Assembly (NCBI GenBank): GCA_039812885.1
Contig: JBDIBI010000023.1
Coordinates: 19,395 to 83,394, forward strand
DNA length: 64,000 nt
From: Blastocatellia bacterium
GTDB taxonomy: Bacteria; Acidobacteriota; Blastocatellia; Chloracidobacteriales; JADJPF01
Direction: 5' to 3'
The notes beneath the pieces are model-generated. The model was not told the origin of the DNA. It saw nothing but the letters and a program-made list of their open reading frames with translations, and made no database searches. The stretch's first letter is position 1; every line of letters begins with the position of its first letter. Made by a program: the position numbers and the translations under genes. Shown piece by piece: positions 8,631 through 18,250 of this stretch.

Positions 8631-11600
8631 ATGAGAAAAGCTGGAAAAAGTACGTTTGCTATTTTTGCTCTAGTCTCGATGGTTGCAAGTATTGCGGGTG
8701 TTTGGCTTTATTTTCACCCGGAACAAGTGAAAAGCCTAAAGAAGGCTATTGCAAAAAATTTTACAGTTTCTAAAAGCAAAAAAGGTTTGCAGTTTCGCTT
8801 GAGTGAAGGTGAAATGGAAGTTCCAACAAATGTCCCTATCGCTAAAGCAACAAAACTCTCAGATAGTGAAGCCGAAAAAGTGTTAAGTAGGCTAGAACCA
8901 CTAAAAGCTGATGAAGAAGACAAACAAGATTTTGCCTTAAGAGAAAAATCTCTTCCACCTCCTAAGACAGGAGAGGTAATAACAACAAAATTTCCTCCTG
9001 ACCAAAATATCAAGGCTGAAGAAGTAGCAAAAGGCCCTTTACAGGTGTTGCGCTATTCTCCTAAGGATGATGTACCAATAGCTCCTAATGTAAGCATTAC
9101 ATTTTCACAGCCAATGGTTGCATTAAGTTCTCAGGAAGAAGCAAGCAAAACTGTTCCTGCAAAAATTAGCCCTGAAGTAGCAGGACATTGGCGATGGTTA
9201 GGCACAAAAACATTAGTCTTTGAGCCTAAAGATAAACGCTTGCCAATGTCTACTGAATACACTGTAGAAGTTCCAGCAGGGACTAAATCTGTTATAGGTC
9301 AAAGTTTAGCTTCTGCTGTAACTTGGAAGTTTAGAACTCCTACTTTGACTCTAAAAAAATATTTTCCAACGGAAAATTCTGTTAATACTAATCCATTGAT
9401 TTATTTAGAGTTTGACCAAGCTATAGACAAAAATCTTTTATTAAATAGTCTTTCTTTAATAGGATATAACGAAAATGACAAGAACTATAAGCTTAGGCTT
9501 GCAACAGAAAGTGAAATCCAAGAAGAAGTAGATAAAGATATAAATTTTAAAATTCTACTCAATGAAGCTAAAGATAAATATTGGCTAGCTGTAAAAGTTG
9601 ATAACACTGTGTTAGGTAATATTGAAGAACCTTTACCTAAGGACAGTAACTTTGGTGTAATTGTAAACATTGGTGCTTCAGGGGAAGGAGCACTTAAAAC
9701 AACTAGTAAACAAGAGTTTTCCTTTAAGACTTATAGTCCACTAAGAGTGACTTGGCAATCTTGCAAGGATTATGAATGCCGACCTGTAGACTATTTGCAA
9801 TTCAGTCTAAATAATCAACTTAGACCAAATTCTTTGGATATTTCTAAAGCAACAATAGAACCTAAAATACCAGGAATGACTATGATAGTTTCTGGTACTG
9901 TTGTAACAATTAGAGGTAAGTTGAAGGGAAGAATAACTTATAAGCTAAAGCTTGAAAAAGAATTTATTAAAGATACTTTCGGTCAATATCTTGAAAAAAC
10001 TCAAGAAATTAACTTCCCAATATCAGCAGCAAAAAAACAACTCACTTCAATAGGTGGTGAATTAATAGCACTAGATCCATTTGCTCCTGCTAAATTGCCA
10101 GTTTTTAGCACAAATCACAATGAACTTAAAGTAACTATTTATTCTATTTCTGCCGAAGAATGGAAAAATTTTAGTAGAATTAAAGAGGAAATTGCTCAAG
10201 CCTACAATAACCCAACTGCTTATCAAAGACCTGTGGGAACCCTTTTATATTCAAAAGTGATAACACCTGCAAATAAACCTGATGAGCAAGTGGAAACAGA
10301 TATAGACCTAAGTGCAGCATTCCAAAATGGAAGAGGCCAAGCTTTTGTTTTTATTGAACCTACAACTCAACCTAAAAATTATTGGGAACGAGAATACATA
10401 AGAAAATGGGTTCAATATACTCAAATAGGTTTGGATGCAGCTGTAGACAATGAAGAAATGCTAGTTTGGGCTAACTCTCTAAAAACAGGTAAGCCTTTGG
10501 CTGGTGTAGAAGTTTCCTTAAAAAACTCAACTGCTGTTACTGGTGCAGATGGACTTGCTCACCTCAAGCTTGAAAATGCTGCTCCAAAAGATGTGCCTGT
10601 TTTGATTGCAAAAAGTGGTAATGATACAGCTATTTTACCTCAGTCATCTTATGGTTATTATAGTACCACTTGGGCAAAAGCTAACACCTCAGATACGTTA
10701 TCTTGGTATGTAGTTGATGATAGAAAGACTTACAAGCCAGGTGAAAAAGTAACAATAAAAGGATGGGTAAGAGTTAGCGAAAATAAAAAAGGTGGAGATA
10801 TAAAACTTGCAGGTCAAATAAAAACAGTGAGTTACACACTTAATGATAGTCAAGGCAACAAAATATCCACAGGAACATTACAAGTTAATCCGCTAGGTGG
10901 TTTTAATGGAGAACTTGCTTTGCCTGGTACTATGAATTTGGGTAATGCTTATTTAACATTGGAAGCTTTGCCAAAGGCATATGAAAATCAAACATACTCA
11001 CATACTTTTCAGGTACAAGAATTTAGACGACCTGAATTTGAAGTTTCAACAAAAGCTGATTCAAATGCTTATTTGATAGGTGAGTATGCAAATGTAACCG
11101 TATCAGCTAATTACTATGCTGGAGGAACCTTAAACAATGCTGATGTTAATTGGCAAGTTAGTTCTTCTCCAACTACTTACACTCCTCCAAATCGTAGTGA
11201 ATACATTTTTGGCAAATGGACTCCTTGGTGGGGAAGTTTTGATTATGAAGGTTATAGTCGTAGAGGACGCTATAGTAGTTACACAACAAGCGAAGATAGT
11301 GAATATAATTCAGAGCGTTTTGCAGGAAAAACTAGCCCAACAGGAACACATAACCTAAGAATAGATTTTGATGCTGTTAATCCTATAACTCCAAGCAGCA
11401 TTAATGTTCAAGCTTCAGTAAGTGATGTTAATAGACAAACTTGGACATCAACTTCTACTTTGCTAGTACATCCATCAAGTCTTTATGTAGGGCTAAAGAG
11501 TGAAAAAACTTTTGTTGGACAAAATGAACCTTTCATTCTTAAATCAATAGTATGTGATATAGATGGAAAACTTATTCCTAACACTTCCATAAATTTTAAG

Positions 11601-14600
11601 TTAGTCAGACTTGACTATGAATATGACAGTCAAGGCAGATACAAGAGCAAAGAAGTTGATCCACAAACTCAAACAATAACATCAAAAGATGATGCAGTAG
11701 AAGTTAGGTTTGTTCCTAAAGAAGGAGGCTCTTACAAACTTACAGCAACAGTAGTTGACCAAAAAGGACGTAAAAATCAAACAGAGTTAACTCTTTGGGT
11801 TACTGGTGGTAAAGTGTTACCAAGCAGAGATTTAACACAAGAAAAAATTCAATTAATTCCTGACAAGAAAGAATATGCTGTTGGTCAAACTGCTCAAATC
11901 ATGCTTCAAGCTCCTTTCTATCCAGCAGAAGGACTCTTAACCTTGCGCCGCTTAGGCATTGTTAAGACCGAGCGATTTACTGTTGATTCAGCTACTTACA
12001 CAATCAAAGTTCCTATTGAAGAAAGCTATTTACCTAATGTTGAACTTCATGTTGATTTAGTGGGTGAGTCAGAAAGAAATCCAGATTCTAGTAGCCCAGG
12101 TTCTCAACTGTTAAAACGGCCAGCCTTTGCAGTAGGGCAGTTGAATTTATCAATTCCACCAGTTTCACGTAGTTTAACGGTAGAAGCAACACCTAGAGAA
12201 AAAGCCATTGAGCCAGCAGGAGAAACAACTATAGACTTAAAGCTTACAGATGCTTCAAAACGAGCTGTTGCAAATGCTGAAGTAGCTTTGTTTGTTGTAG
12301 ATGAGGCTATTTTAGCTCTTTCTAACTATCAAATGAGTAATCCGTTAAGTGTTTTTTATGCTTCTCGGCCAGCATCAGTATCAGACCATCATTTAAGAAG
12401 TTCTGTTGTACTAGCTAATCCTGAAGATATAGAAGCACAAGAGGAACTTGCTAGAAATAAAGAGGCAGGAAAACCTAAACCAATACCTTCAGCTGATAAA
12501 CTTGCTGAAATGGATGATGTGCTTGGAGGTGTGGAAGGTGGCGTAGCTGGTGGTGCAATGAACCGAGTTGCTGCTGCTCCTGCTGCTGAACCTCCTATGG
12601 CACCAATGGAAGCTAAAAAAGCTGAAAGAGCAGATGTAGCTAATGCAGTTCCAGCTAGGTCTTTAAAGGCTTCAAAACCTCCTGCATCCAATTCTCCTAT
12701 AAAAGTTAGAGAAAACTTTAATGCCTTGGCAGTGTTTGAAGCAGCATTATCAACAGACAGCAATGGACATGCAGAGGTAAAAGTAAAACTTCCAGATAGC
12801 TTAACCAAATACAGAATAATGGCAATAGCAGTAGCAGGTGAAAACCGCTTTGGTTCAGGAGAATCAAGCATTACAGCGCGTATGCCATTGATGGTTAGAC
12901 CATCAGCACCACGTTTTCTAAACTTTGGAGATAAGTTTGAATTTCCAGTAGTAGTGCAAAATCAGACAAATAAACCAATGAGTGTAGATGTAGCAATGCG
13001 TGCTACAAATGCAACTTTGACAGAGGGGTTAGGTCGTCGAGTAGATGTTCCAGCAAATGAACGGGTAGAGGTTCGTTTTCCTGTTTCTGCTGAAATGGCA
13101 GGTAAAGCTAGATTCCAAGTAGGAGTAGTGTCAGGCAAATGGAGCGATGCAGCTCAAGTTAGTTTACCTGTTTGGACTCCAGCCACTACAGAAGCTTTTG
13201 CTACATATGGGACATTTGAAAGTAATGCCATAATTCAACCAGTTAAAGCTCCTGCTGATACATATAAACAGTTTGGAGGTTTAGAGGTATCTACTTCATC
13301 AACACAACTTCAAGAGTTAACAGATGCAGTACTTTACATAGTGTCTTATCCTTATGAGTGTTCTGAGCAAATTTCTTCTAGAATCCTTGCAATTGCAGCA
13401 TTGAAAGATGTTTTGTCAGCATTTAAGGCAAAAGGTTTACCTAGTGAGGAAGAAATAAATGCAAGAGTTGCAAAAGACCTAGATAAGCTTAAAAACATGC
13501 AAGGCTATGACGGAGGGTTTGGTTTCTGGAGGCCAAATGATACAAATCCATTTGTGACAATTCACGTAGCACACGCACTACAACGAGCTAAACTAAAAGG
13601 CTATAACATTCCTCAAGATATGTTAGACCGTGTTCATGAATACTTAAGGAACATAGAATCACATATTAATGGCTACTCACCAGAAACCACAATGTCAGTT
13701 ATTGCCTATTCACTTTACGTAAGAAATTTAATGGGTGATAAAGATGTTGCCAAAGCTAAGAGTATTCTCAATTCAGTTTCACTAGATAAAACACCAATGG
13801 AAACAATAGGTTGGTTATGGCCTGTGTTTACAGGGGATTCAAGCTCAACCAAGGAATTAGAAGCTATTAGAAAGTTTGTTAACAATAGAGCCACTGAAAC
13901 TGCTGCAACTGCTCATTTTGTAACAAATTATGCTGAATCAAACTACTTGTTATTAGCTTCTAATTTTAGAACAGATGCAATACTTCTAGATGCTTTAATA
14001 GGGGATCAACCTAATAGCGATTTAATACCTAAGCTAGTTAGAGGGCTTCTAGATCATAGAACAGCAGGAAGATGGGAAAGCACTCAAGAAAATGCTTATG
14101 TATTGCTAGCACTTGACCGATATTTTAGAACATATGAGAAAGTAACACCTAACTTTATAGCTAGAGTTTGGTTAGGCGATAATTATGCTGGAGAACATTC
14201 ATTTGTTGGGCGAACTACTGAAAAGTACCAGGTAAATATCCCAATGAGTTATTTAACAAATAGTGAGCAAAACCTTGTAATAAGCAAAGATGGAGCAGGT
14301 AGAATTTATTATCGAGCAGCTATGAATTATGCACCAAAGAGTTTGGATTTACCTGCGGCAGATTATGGTTTTGTTGTTGAAAGGAAATATGAAGCAGTAG
14401 ACAATCCTTCAGATGTAACAAAGACTTCAGATGGAACATGGCGAATCAAAGCAGGTGCTAGAGTTAGAGTTAAATTAAGTATGGTTGCACAATCAATGCG
14501 CTATCATGTTGCACTAGTAGATCCACTAGCAGCAGGACTAGAAGCATTAAATCCAGCACTTGCTAATACAGGTGCAGTGCCTCCAGAGAATAACCTTAGT

Positions 14601-14852
14601 CAGCAAAATAATGCTTCTAGATATTGGTGGTGGAGTGGATTTTGGTATCAACATGAAAACTTTAGAGATGAACGAATAGAAGCATTTACTACATTACTTT
14701 TGGATGGTGTTTACTCTTATAGCTATGTAGCAAGAGCTACTACAATAGGGAGCTTTGTTGTTGCTCCTACAAAGGCTGAAGAGATGTATCATCCTGAAAC
14801 TTTTGGTAGAAGCAAGACTGATAAGGTTGTTGTTTATGAGGCAGGAAAATAA
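8631..14852 (+). CDS. alpha-2-macroglobulin family protein, thioester-containing, membrane-anchored (copy B)
   Basis: The ORF track starts at a GTG (8622). The ATG at 8631 is homologous to the copy A start (MRKAGK) and has an AGGTGG RBS. The same YPYECSEQ motif is present (Cys codon 13359-13361). The C-terminal ~715 residues match copy A except for 3 substitutions and the last residues. Confidence 0.85.
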   Translation: MRKAGKSTFAIFALVSMVASIAGVWLYFHPEQVKSLKKAIAKNFTVSKSKKGLQFRLSEGEMEVPTNVPIAKATKLSDSEAEKVLSRLEPLKADEEDKQDFALREKSLPPPKTGEVITTKFPPDQNIKAEEVAKGPLQVLRYSPKDDVPIAPNVSITFSQPMVALSSQEEASKTVPAKISPEVAGHWRWLGTKTLVFEPKDKRLPMSTEYTVEVPAGTKSVIGQSLASAVTWKFRTPTLTLKKYFPTENSVNTNPLIYLEFDQAIDKNLLLNSLSLIGYNENDKNYKLRLATESEIQEEVDKDINFKILLNEAKDKYWLAVKVDNTVLGNIEEPLPKDSNFGVIVNIGASGEGALKTTSKQEFSFKTYSPLRVTWQSCKDYECRPVDYLQFSLNNQLRPNSLDISKATIEPKIPGMTMIVSGTVVTIRGKLKGRITYKLKLEKEFIKDTFGQYLEKTQEINFPISAAKKQLTSIGGELIALDPFAPAKLPVFSTNHNELKVTIYSISAEEWKNFSRIKEEIAQAYNNPTAYQRPVGTLLYSKVITPANKPDEQVETDIDLSAAFQNGRGQAFVFIEPTTQPKNYWEREYIRKWVQYTQIGLDAAVDNEEMLVWANSLKTGKPLAGVEVSLKNSTAVTGADGLAHLKLENAAPKDVPVLIAKSGNDTAILPQSSYGYYSTTWAKANTSDTLSWYVVDDRKTYKPGEKVTIKGWVRVSENKKGGDIKLAGQIKTVSYTLNDSQGNKISTGTLQVNPLGGFNGELALPGTMNLGNAYLTLEALPKAYENQTYSHTFQVQEFRRPEFEVSTKADSNAYLIGEYANVTVSANYYAGGTLNNADVNWQVSSSPTTYTPPNRSEYIFGKWTPWWGSFDYEGYSRRGRYSSYTTSEDSEYNSERFAGKTSPTGTHNLRIDFDAVNPITPSSINVQASVSDVNRQTWTSTSTLLVHPSSLYVGLKSEKTFVGQNEPFILKSIVCDIDGKLIPNTSINFKLVRLDYEYDSQGRYKSKEVDPQTQTITSKDDAVEVRFVPKEGGSYKLTATVVDQKGRKNQTELTLWVTGGKVLPSRDLTQEKIQLIPDKKEYAVGQTAQIMLQAPFYPAEGLLTLRRLGIVKTERFTVDSATYTIKVPIEESYLPNVELHVDLVGESERNPDSSSPGSQLLKRPAFAVGQLNLSIPPVSRSLTVEATPREKAIEPAGETTIDLKLTDASKRAVANAEVALFVVDEAILALSNYQMSNPLSVFYASRPASVSDHHLRSSVVLANPEDIEAQEELARNKEAGKPKPIPSADKLAEMDDVLGGVEGGVAGGAMNRVAAAPAAEPPMAPMEAKKAERADVANAVPARSLKASKPPASNSPIKVRENFNALAVFEAALSTDSNGHAEVKVKLPDSLTKYRIMAIAVAGENRFGSGESSITARMPLMVRPSAPRFLNFGDKFEFPVVVQNQTNKPMSVDVAMRATNATLTEGLGRRVDVPANERVEVRFPVSAEMAGKARFQVGVVSGKWSDAAQVSLPVWTPATTEAFATYGTFESNAIIQPVKAPADTYKQFGGLEVSTSSTQLQELTDAVLYIVSYPYECSEQISSRILAIAALKDVLSAFKAKGLPSEEEINARVAKDLDKLKNMQGYDGGFGFWRPNDTNPFVTIHVAHALQRAKLKGYNIPQDMLDRVHEYLRNIESHINGYSPETTMSVIAYSLYVRNLMGDKDVAKAKSILNSVSLDKTPMETIGWLWPVFTGDSSSTKELEAIRKFVNNRATETAATAHFVTNYAESNYLLLASNFRTDAILLDALIGDQPNSDLIPKLVRGLLDHRTAGRWESTQENAYVLLALDRYFRTYEKVTPNFIARVWLGDNYAGEHSFVGRTTEKYQVNIPMSYLTNSEQNLVISKDGAGRIYYRAAMNYAPKSLDLPAADYGFVVERKYEAVDNPSDVTKTSDGTWRIKAGARVRVKLSMVAQSMRYHVALVDPLAAGLEALNPALANTGAVPPENNLSQQNNASRYWWWSGFWYQHENFRDERIEAFTTLLLDGVYSYSYVARATTIGSFVVAPTKAEEMYHPETFGRSKTDKVVVYEAGK

Positions 14853-15190
14853 AGGATATTTCCAACAAATAGCTGTGAAGTTTATCTAGGGGGAATTTCA
14901 CCTTTTGCCTGTGGATAACTGCGCAAATTTTATTCTACAGAAAGGCATTCTTGGCAAGTTAGAATAAAGACAAGTAGATTATTAGAAATAAGTGGAGTGT
15001 TGTGTTAGGTTAGATTTTAAATACAGAGTTTTATGATTTTCTATTAGCTTCCTATAACAAGTTATTTAAGAACTAGTTACTAAAAACTCAATTTAGCTGT
15101 AACTAGGATAAAAAGATGCAACTATGGAACAAAAGTTGCGAGTTATTTATTGCTATTATGCCCCACTATTTAATTGTTTAGGAGGTTATT

Positions 15191-15724
15191 ATGAAATCTG
15201 AAGCAACAGTAAAGGCAAAAGTAGAGAATCTGCTAAAACCAATATTTGTCGAAGCAAAAGAACTTTTTGGTGAGATAAAGAAGCTAGAAGAAGCCATTGC
15301 AAAACGTGCTTATGAGTTTTTTGAAAAACGTGGAGGCAAGCATGGAAATGACTTAAATGATTGGTTTTTAGCTGAATCTGAATTACTAAAACCTGTACCA
15401 ATAGAGATCAAAGATACAGAAGACATTGTAACTGTAATAGCTGAAGTCCCAGGATTTGCAGCAGAAGATATAAAAGTTAGTGTAGAAGATAACGTACTTA
15501 TGATTAATGGGAAATTCACAAAGACTGAGGAAAAGAAAGAAGAAGGCAAAGTTGTCTTTTCAGAAATTAAATCTACTCAGTTCTTGCGCGAGTTAGTACT
15601 TCCAGCAATAGTAGATATGTCAAAGGCCGAAGCAGTTCTAAAAGACGGTGTTTTGACTCTTACTTTACCTAAGCTAGTTATTGCAGAAAAGGAAAAAAAG
15701 GAAATAGAGGTAAAGATTGTTTAG
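15191..15724 (+). CDS. Hsp20/alpha-crystallin small heat-shock protein with an N-terminal DUF2934-like extension
   Basis: The alpha-crystallin-like core runs IEIKDTEDIVTVIAEVPGFAAEDIKVSVEDNVLMINGK...LKDGVLTLTLPK. The N-terminal segment IAKRAYEFFEKRGGKHGNDLNDWFLAE looks like DUF2934. A GGAGG RBS is present. Confidence 0.8.
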   Translation: MKSEATVKAKVENLLKPIFVEAKELFGEIKKLEEAIAKRAYEFFEKRGGKHGNDLNDWFLAESELLKPVPIEIKDTEDIVTVIAEVPGFAAEDIKVSVEDNVLMINGKFTKTEEKKEEGKVVFSEIKSTQFLRELVLPAIVDMSKAEAVLKDGVLTLTLPKLVIAEKEKKEIEVKIV

Positions 15725-15761
15725 TAAAAACCACTGTGTAAGGGTAAATTTAGCAAAAAAA

Positions 15762-15800
15762 TAAGCCGCAAGTGGTAGGGCTACTTGTGGCTTATTTTAT
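15762..15800. terminator. bidirectional intrinsic terminator between convergent hsp20 and the NHL gene
   Basis: AAGCCGCAAGT ... ACTTGTGGCTT stem with an A-run on one side and TTATTTTATTTT on the other. Confidence 0.6.
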
Positions 15801-15880
15801 TTTGTTAAATGAGCTAGAAATATAAGTTAAGAGAGCTAATTTAGGGTTAAGTAAGTCTTAACCCTAGTATTATGCGTTGT

Positions 15881-17947
15881 TTAGCGTACACCAGAAGGTT
15901 GGTTAAATTGACCAACTTTAAGTCCAGCAGGGCCAACTACAGTTGCAGTACCACCCATAGCAGGTTTCTTTTGAATACGGTTGTTTCCTGTGTCACCAAT
16001 GAAAACATTGCCTGACAATGCATATACTATACCTTGAGGAGCATTAACTGAACCTGCTGCGGTTCCTGGCCCCATAAAGAGTGAGAAAGTTAAACTAGGA
16101 ACGGCAGGAGCGATGCCAACATTGTTAGTTGTCACTTGAACACGATTGTTAAGAGTATCAGCAATATAGATATGGTTTGAGCCATCAACATAAATACCTG
16201 TTGCACCGTTAACTGAACCTAGAGCTGTACCTGCACTTGCTATAGTAGTCCAGCTAGTAGTAAACATTTGAACACGATTGTTTCCTGTATCTGCTACATA
16301 GACATTGCCTGTGCTATCTACAGCAATTCCACGAGGTTGATTAAATTGACCAACTGCTGTTCCTACTGTTGCCATTATTGAGAAACTAGGAGTTGAACTT
16401 GCGTTGGTAACTTTCAAGATACGGTTATTTCCTGTATCTGCAATATATAAAATATTGTTTGTTTGATCATAAGCTAAGGCTTGAGGTCTATTTACTTGGC
16501 TAGAAGAAGTTCCAGCAGAAGCAATTACTGACCAAGTTGTTCCACCATTTGTAGAGCGTTGAACCCGGTTGTTGTTGGTATCTGCAACAAAGATTAATGT
16601 ATCAGTAGAATCAGCAGTTACACCTTTAGGAGCATTAAATTGACCTAAACCAACACCAGCACCAAAGCCTACTGTTTGCCAGCTTAGTCCATCATTTGTA
16701 GAGCGTTGAATACGATTGTTTAGCGTATCAGCTACATAAATTGTGTTGTGGTCTAAAGTAGCTTGAATTCCACGAGGTGCAGGAGGATAAGTTGCTCCAT
16801 ACAGAACTGTACTATTAGGAACGCTTGTTGTGTTCAAAAATGTTAAAGCACCGGTTGTTTGGTTAATTTGATAAACATCTAAATTAGGAGATCCATCTTC
16901 GTTAAAGATGAAAAGCAAGTTACCTTTTTGGTTAATGATTCCATTGTTAGGATCAACTGAACCTCCAAAAAATGGTGAACCAGTAATTTCAGTAAGACTA
17001 CCACTAGAGTTTATGGTAGCTACAATAATTTGCTCATTGTCTTCGTCAAAAATATAAAGGAATTTATTATCAGCGCTGACTAAAACATTTGCCAGACTAT
17101 TTCCATTAGTGAAAGTAAAAGGGGCGCCAGATAATTCTGTTAAAGTACCTGTTGGGCTAACGCTATAAGCGTCAACTTGGTTTGTATCTGACAAACCAAG
17201 GTATAGAAACTTGCTATCTTGAGTAAAATCTAACCCTACATTGCCATCACTACTGAAACTAACTTCAAAAGGTGAGCCAGTAACTTCGCTGAGACTACCA
17301 CTTGATGCAATATTTAGCATATGGACAGTGCCCATCCAGCCATCAGAAAAAGCTAAAAATTTTCCATTTGGAGATATTACAAATCCATCTAGTTGAGCAG
17401 CAGTAGAGCTAAAATCAAAAGGTGAACCAGTAACTTCAGATAATATTCCATTAGAAGCTATAGAGAAGACTGTGATTTTACGGCTATCAGTACCACCTAT
17501 AAACAAAAATTTTCCATCAGGAGATACTGCCATAGTTATATCAAAATTGGTTGATATTCCTGTGGAAAAAGGTGAATTAGTGAGGGCAGTCAAAGCTCCA
17601 GTTGATGGGTTTATAGAGAAAGCACTAACTGAACCAATACCAGTTCCACCAAAAGAGTTTGATTCAGAATTACCAACATATAGAAAATTTCCTACAGTGA
17701 TTATACCTTTTACAGGGGTTTCATCAAAAGCCGCAAAACCAGTACCATTGCCGCCTGTAGAAAAAGGTGAGCCTGTAACAGTAGTAAGTGTTCCTGTAGG
17801 GCTTACAGAAAAAGCTGATACTGTGTTTGGAACTTGGTTGTCTTGAATGTATATATAGTTATTTTGTGTTTGCGCATATGCAAATAAATTACACAAAAGC
17901 ATTGCGCAAATAGCAAAGAGTAATTTCTTTACTGAAAAGTGAGGCAT
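15881..17947 (-). CDS. secreted beta-propeller protein (lactonase-like propeller fused to NHL repeats)
   Basis: 688 aa with a signal peptide. The N-terminal half carries repeated S(V/I)SP(T/N)G.L..(V/I)TGSPF blades. The C-terminal half carries repeated (Y/F)(V/I)ADT.NNR(V/I)Q NHL-type motifs. Confidence 0.7.
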   Translation of the reverse strand: MPHFSVKKLLFAICAMLLCNLFAYAQTQNNYIYIQDNQVPNTVSAFSVSPTGTLTTVTGSPFSTGGNGTGFAAFDETPVKGIITVGNFLYVGNSESNSFGGTGIGSVSAFSINPSTGALTALTNSPFSTGISTNFDITMAVSPDGKFLFIGGTDSRKITVFSIASNGILSEVTGSPFDFSSTAAQLDGFVISPNGKFLAFSDGWMGTVHMLNIASSGSLSEVTGSPFEVSFSSDGNVGLDFTQDSKFLYLGLSDTNQVDAYSVSPTGTLTELSGAPFTFTNGNSLANVLVSADNKFLYIFDEDNEQIIVATINSSGSLTEITGSPFFGGSVDPNNGIINQKGNLLFIFNEDGSPNLDVYQINQTTGALTFLNTTSVPNSTVLYGATYPPAPRGIQATLDHNTIYVADTLNNRIQRSTNDGLSWQTVGFGAGVGLGQFNAPKGVTADSTDTLIFVADTNNNRVQRSTNGGTTWSVIASAGTSSSQVNRPQALAYDQTNNILYIADTGNNRILKVTNASSTPSFSIMATVGTAVGQFNQPRGIAVDSTGNVYVADTGNNRVQMFTTSWTTIASAGTALGSVNGATGIYVDGSNHIYIADTLNNRVQVTTNNVGIAPAVPSLTFSLFMGPGTAAGSVNAPQGIVYALSGNVFIGDTGNNRIQKKPAMGGTATVVGPAGLKVGQFNQPSGVR

Positions 17948-18195
17948 AGTTTGTTCTCCTGAGAAATGAAGTACTAATAGTTTTTACTTGCTAAAAGACT
18001 TTAAAAGAACTCTGTCATTTTACTCTAGGTTAGTATTAAGCCAAAGAATTATTAGCAATTTTAACAAATATTTAATAATCAAAGAGTTAAACTAATAGTA
18101 TGTATCTGAGTAATACGTTAGATAAATAAAGCTAGCTGTATTTATTAGGTAGGTTTTTAACAGGATAATAAAGTAAAGCTAAAAATCTGTCAAAA

Positions 18196-18232
18196 TAAAA
18201 AACCTTGCAGATAATCTACAAGGTTTTATTTT
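18196..18232 (-). terminator. intrinsic terminator after the glucosidase gene
   Basis: AACCTTG (18201-18207) pairs with CAAGGTT (18219-18225). On the minus strand it is followed by TTTTTTATTTT. Confidence 0.55.
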
Positions 18233-18250
18233 GAATTTGTTTGTTTAGTG

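Noticed and set aside
8543-8773. 76-aa plus-strand ORF overlapping the start of A2M copy B.
   Set aside because: It is out of frame with the much better supported A2M start at 8631. It has no RBS and is Cys/Tyr-rich in an AT-rich leader.
12389-12871. 160-aa minus-strand ORF inside A2M copy B, and similar antisense ORFs at 1273-1557, 2056-2250, 5290-5472, 8714-9013 and 9485-9670.
   Set aside because: They lie entirely antisense within a long, well-supported coding frame. They are low-complexity translations, and the 12389 ORF is long only because of the GC-richer Ala/Gly/Pro bait segment.
8631-14852. The second A2M copy as an assembly duplication artefact.
   Set aside because: The copies have different 5' regions, three internally diverged blocks with length differences that stay in frame, different stop contexts and unique flanking sequence. 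Long-read confirmation is still advisable.
17472-17846. 124-aa ORF antisense to the beta-propeller gene. The same applies to 19158-19415, 22054-22329, 31146-31412, 36119-36355 and 63338-63922.
   Set aside because: They are shadow ORFs inside longer genes with clear family motifs on the opposite strand.
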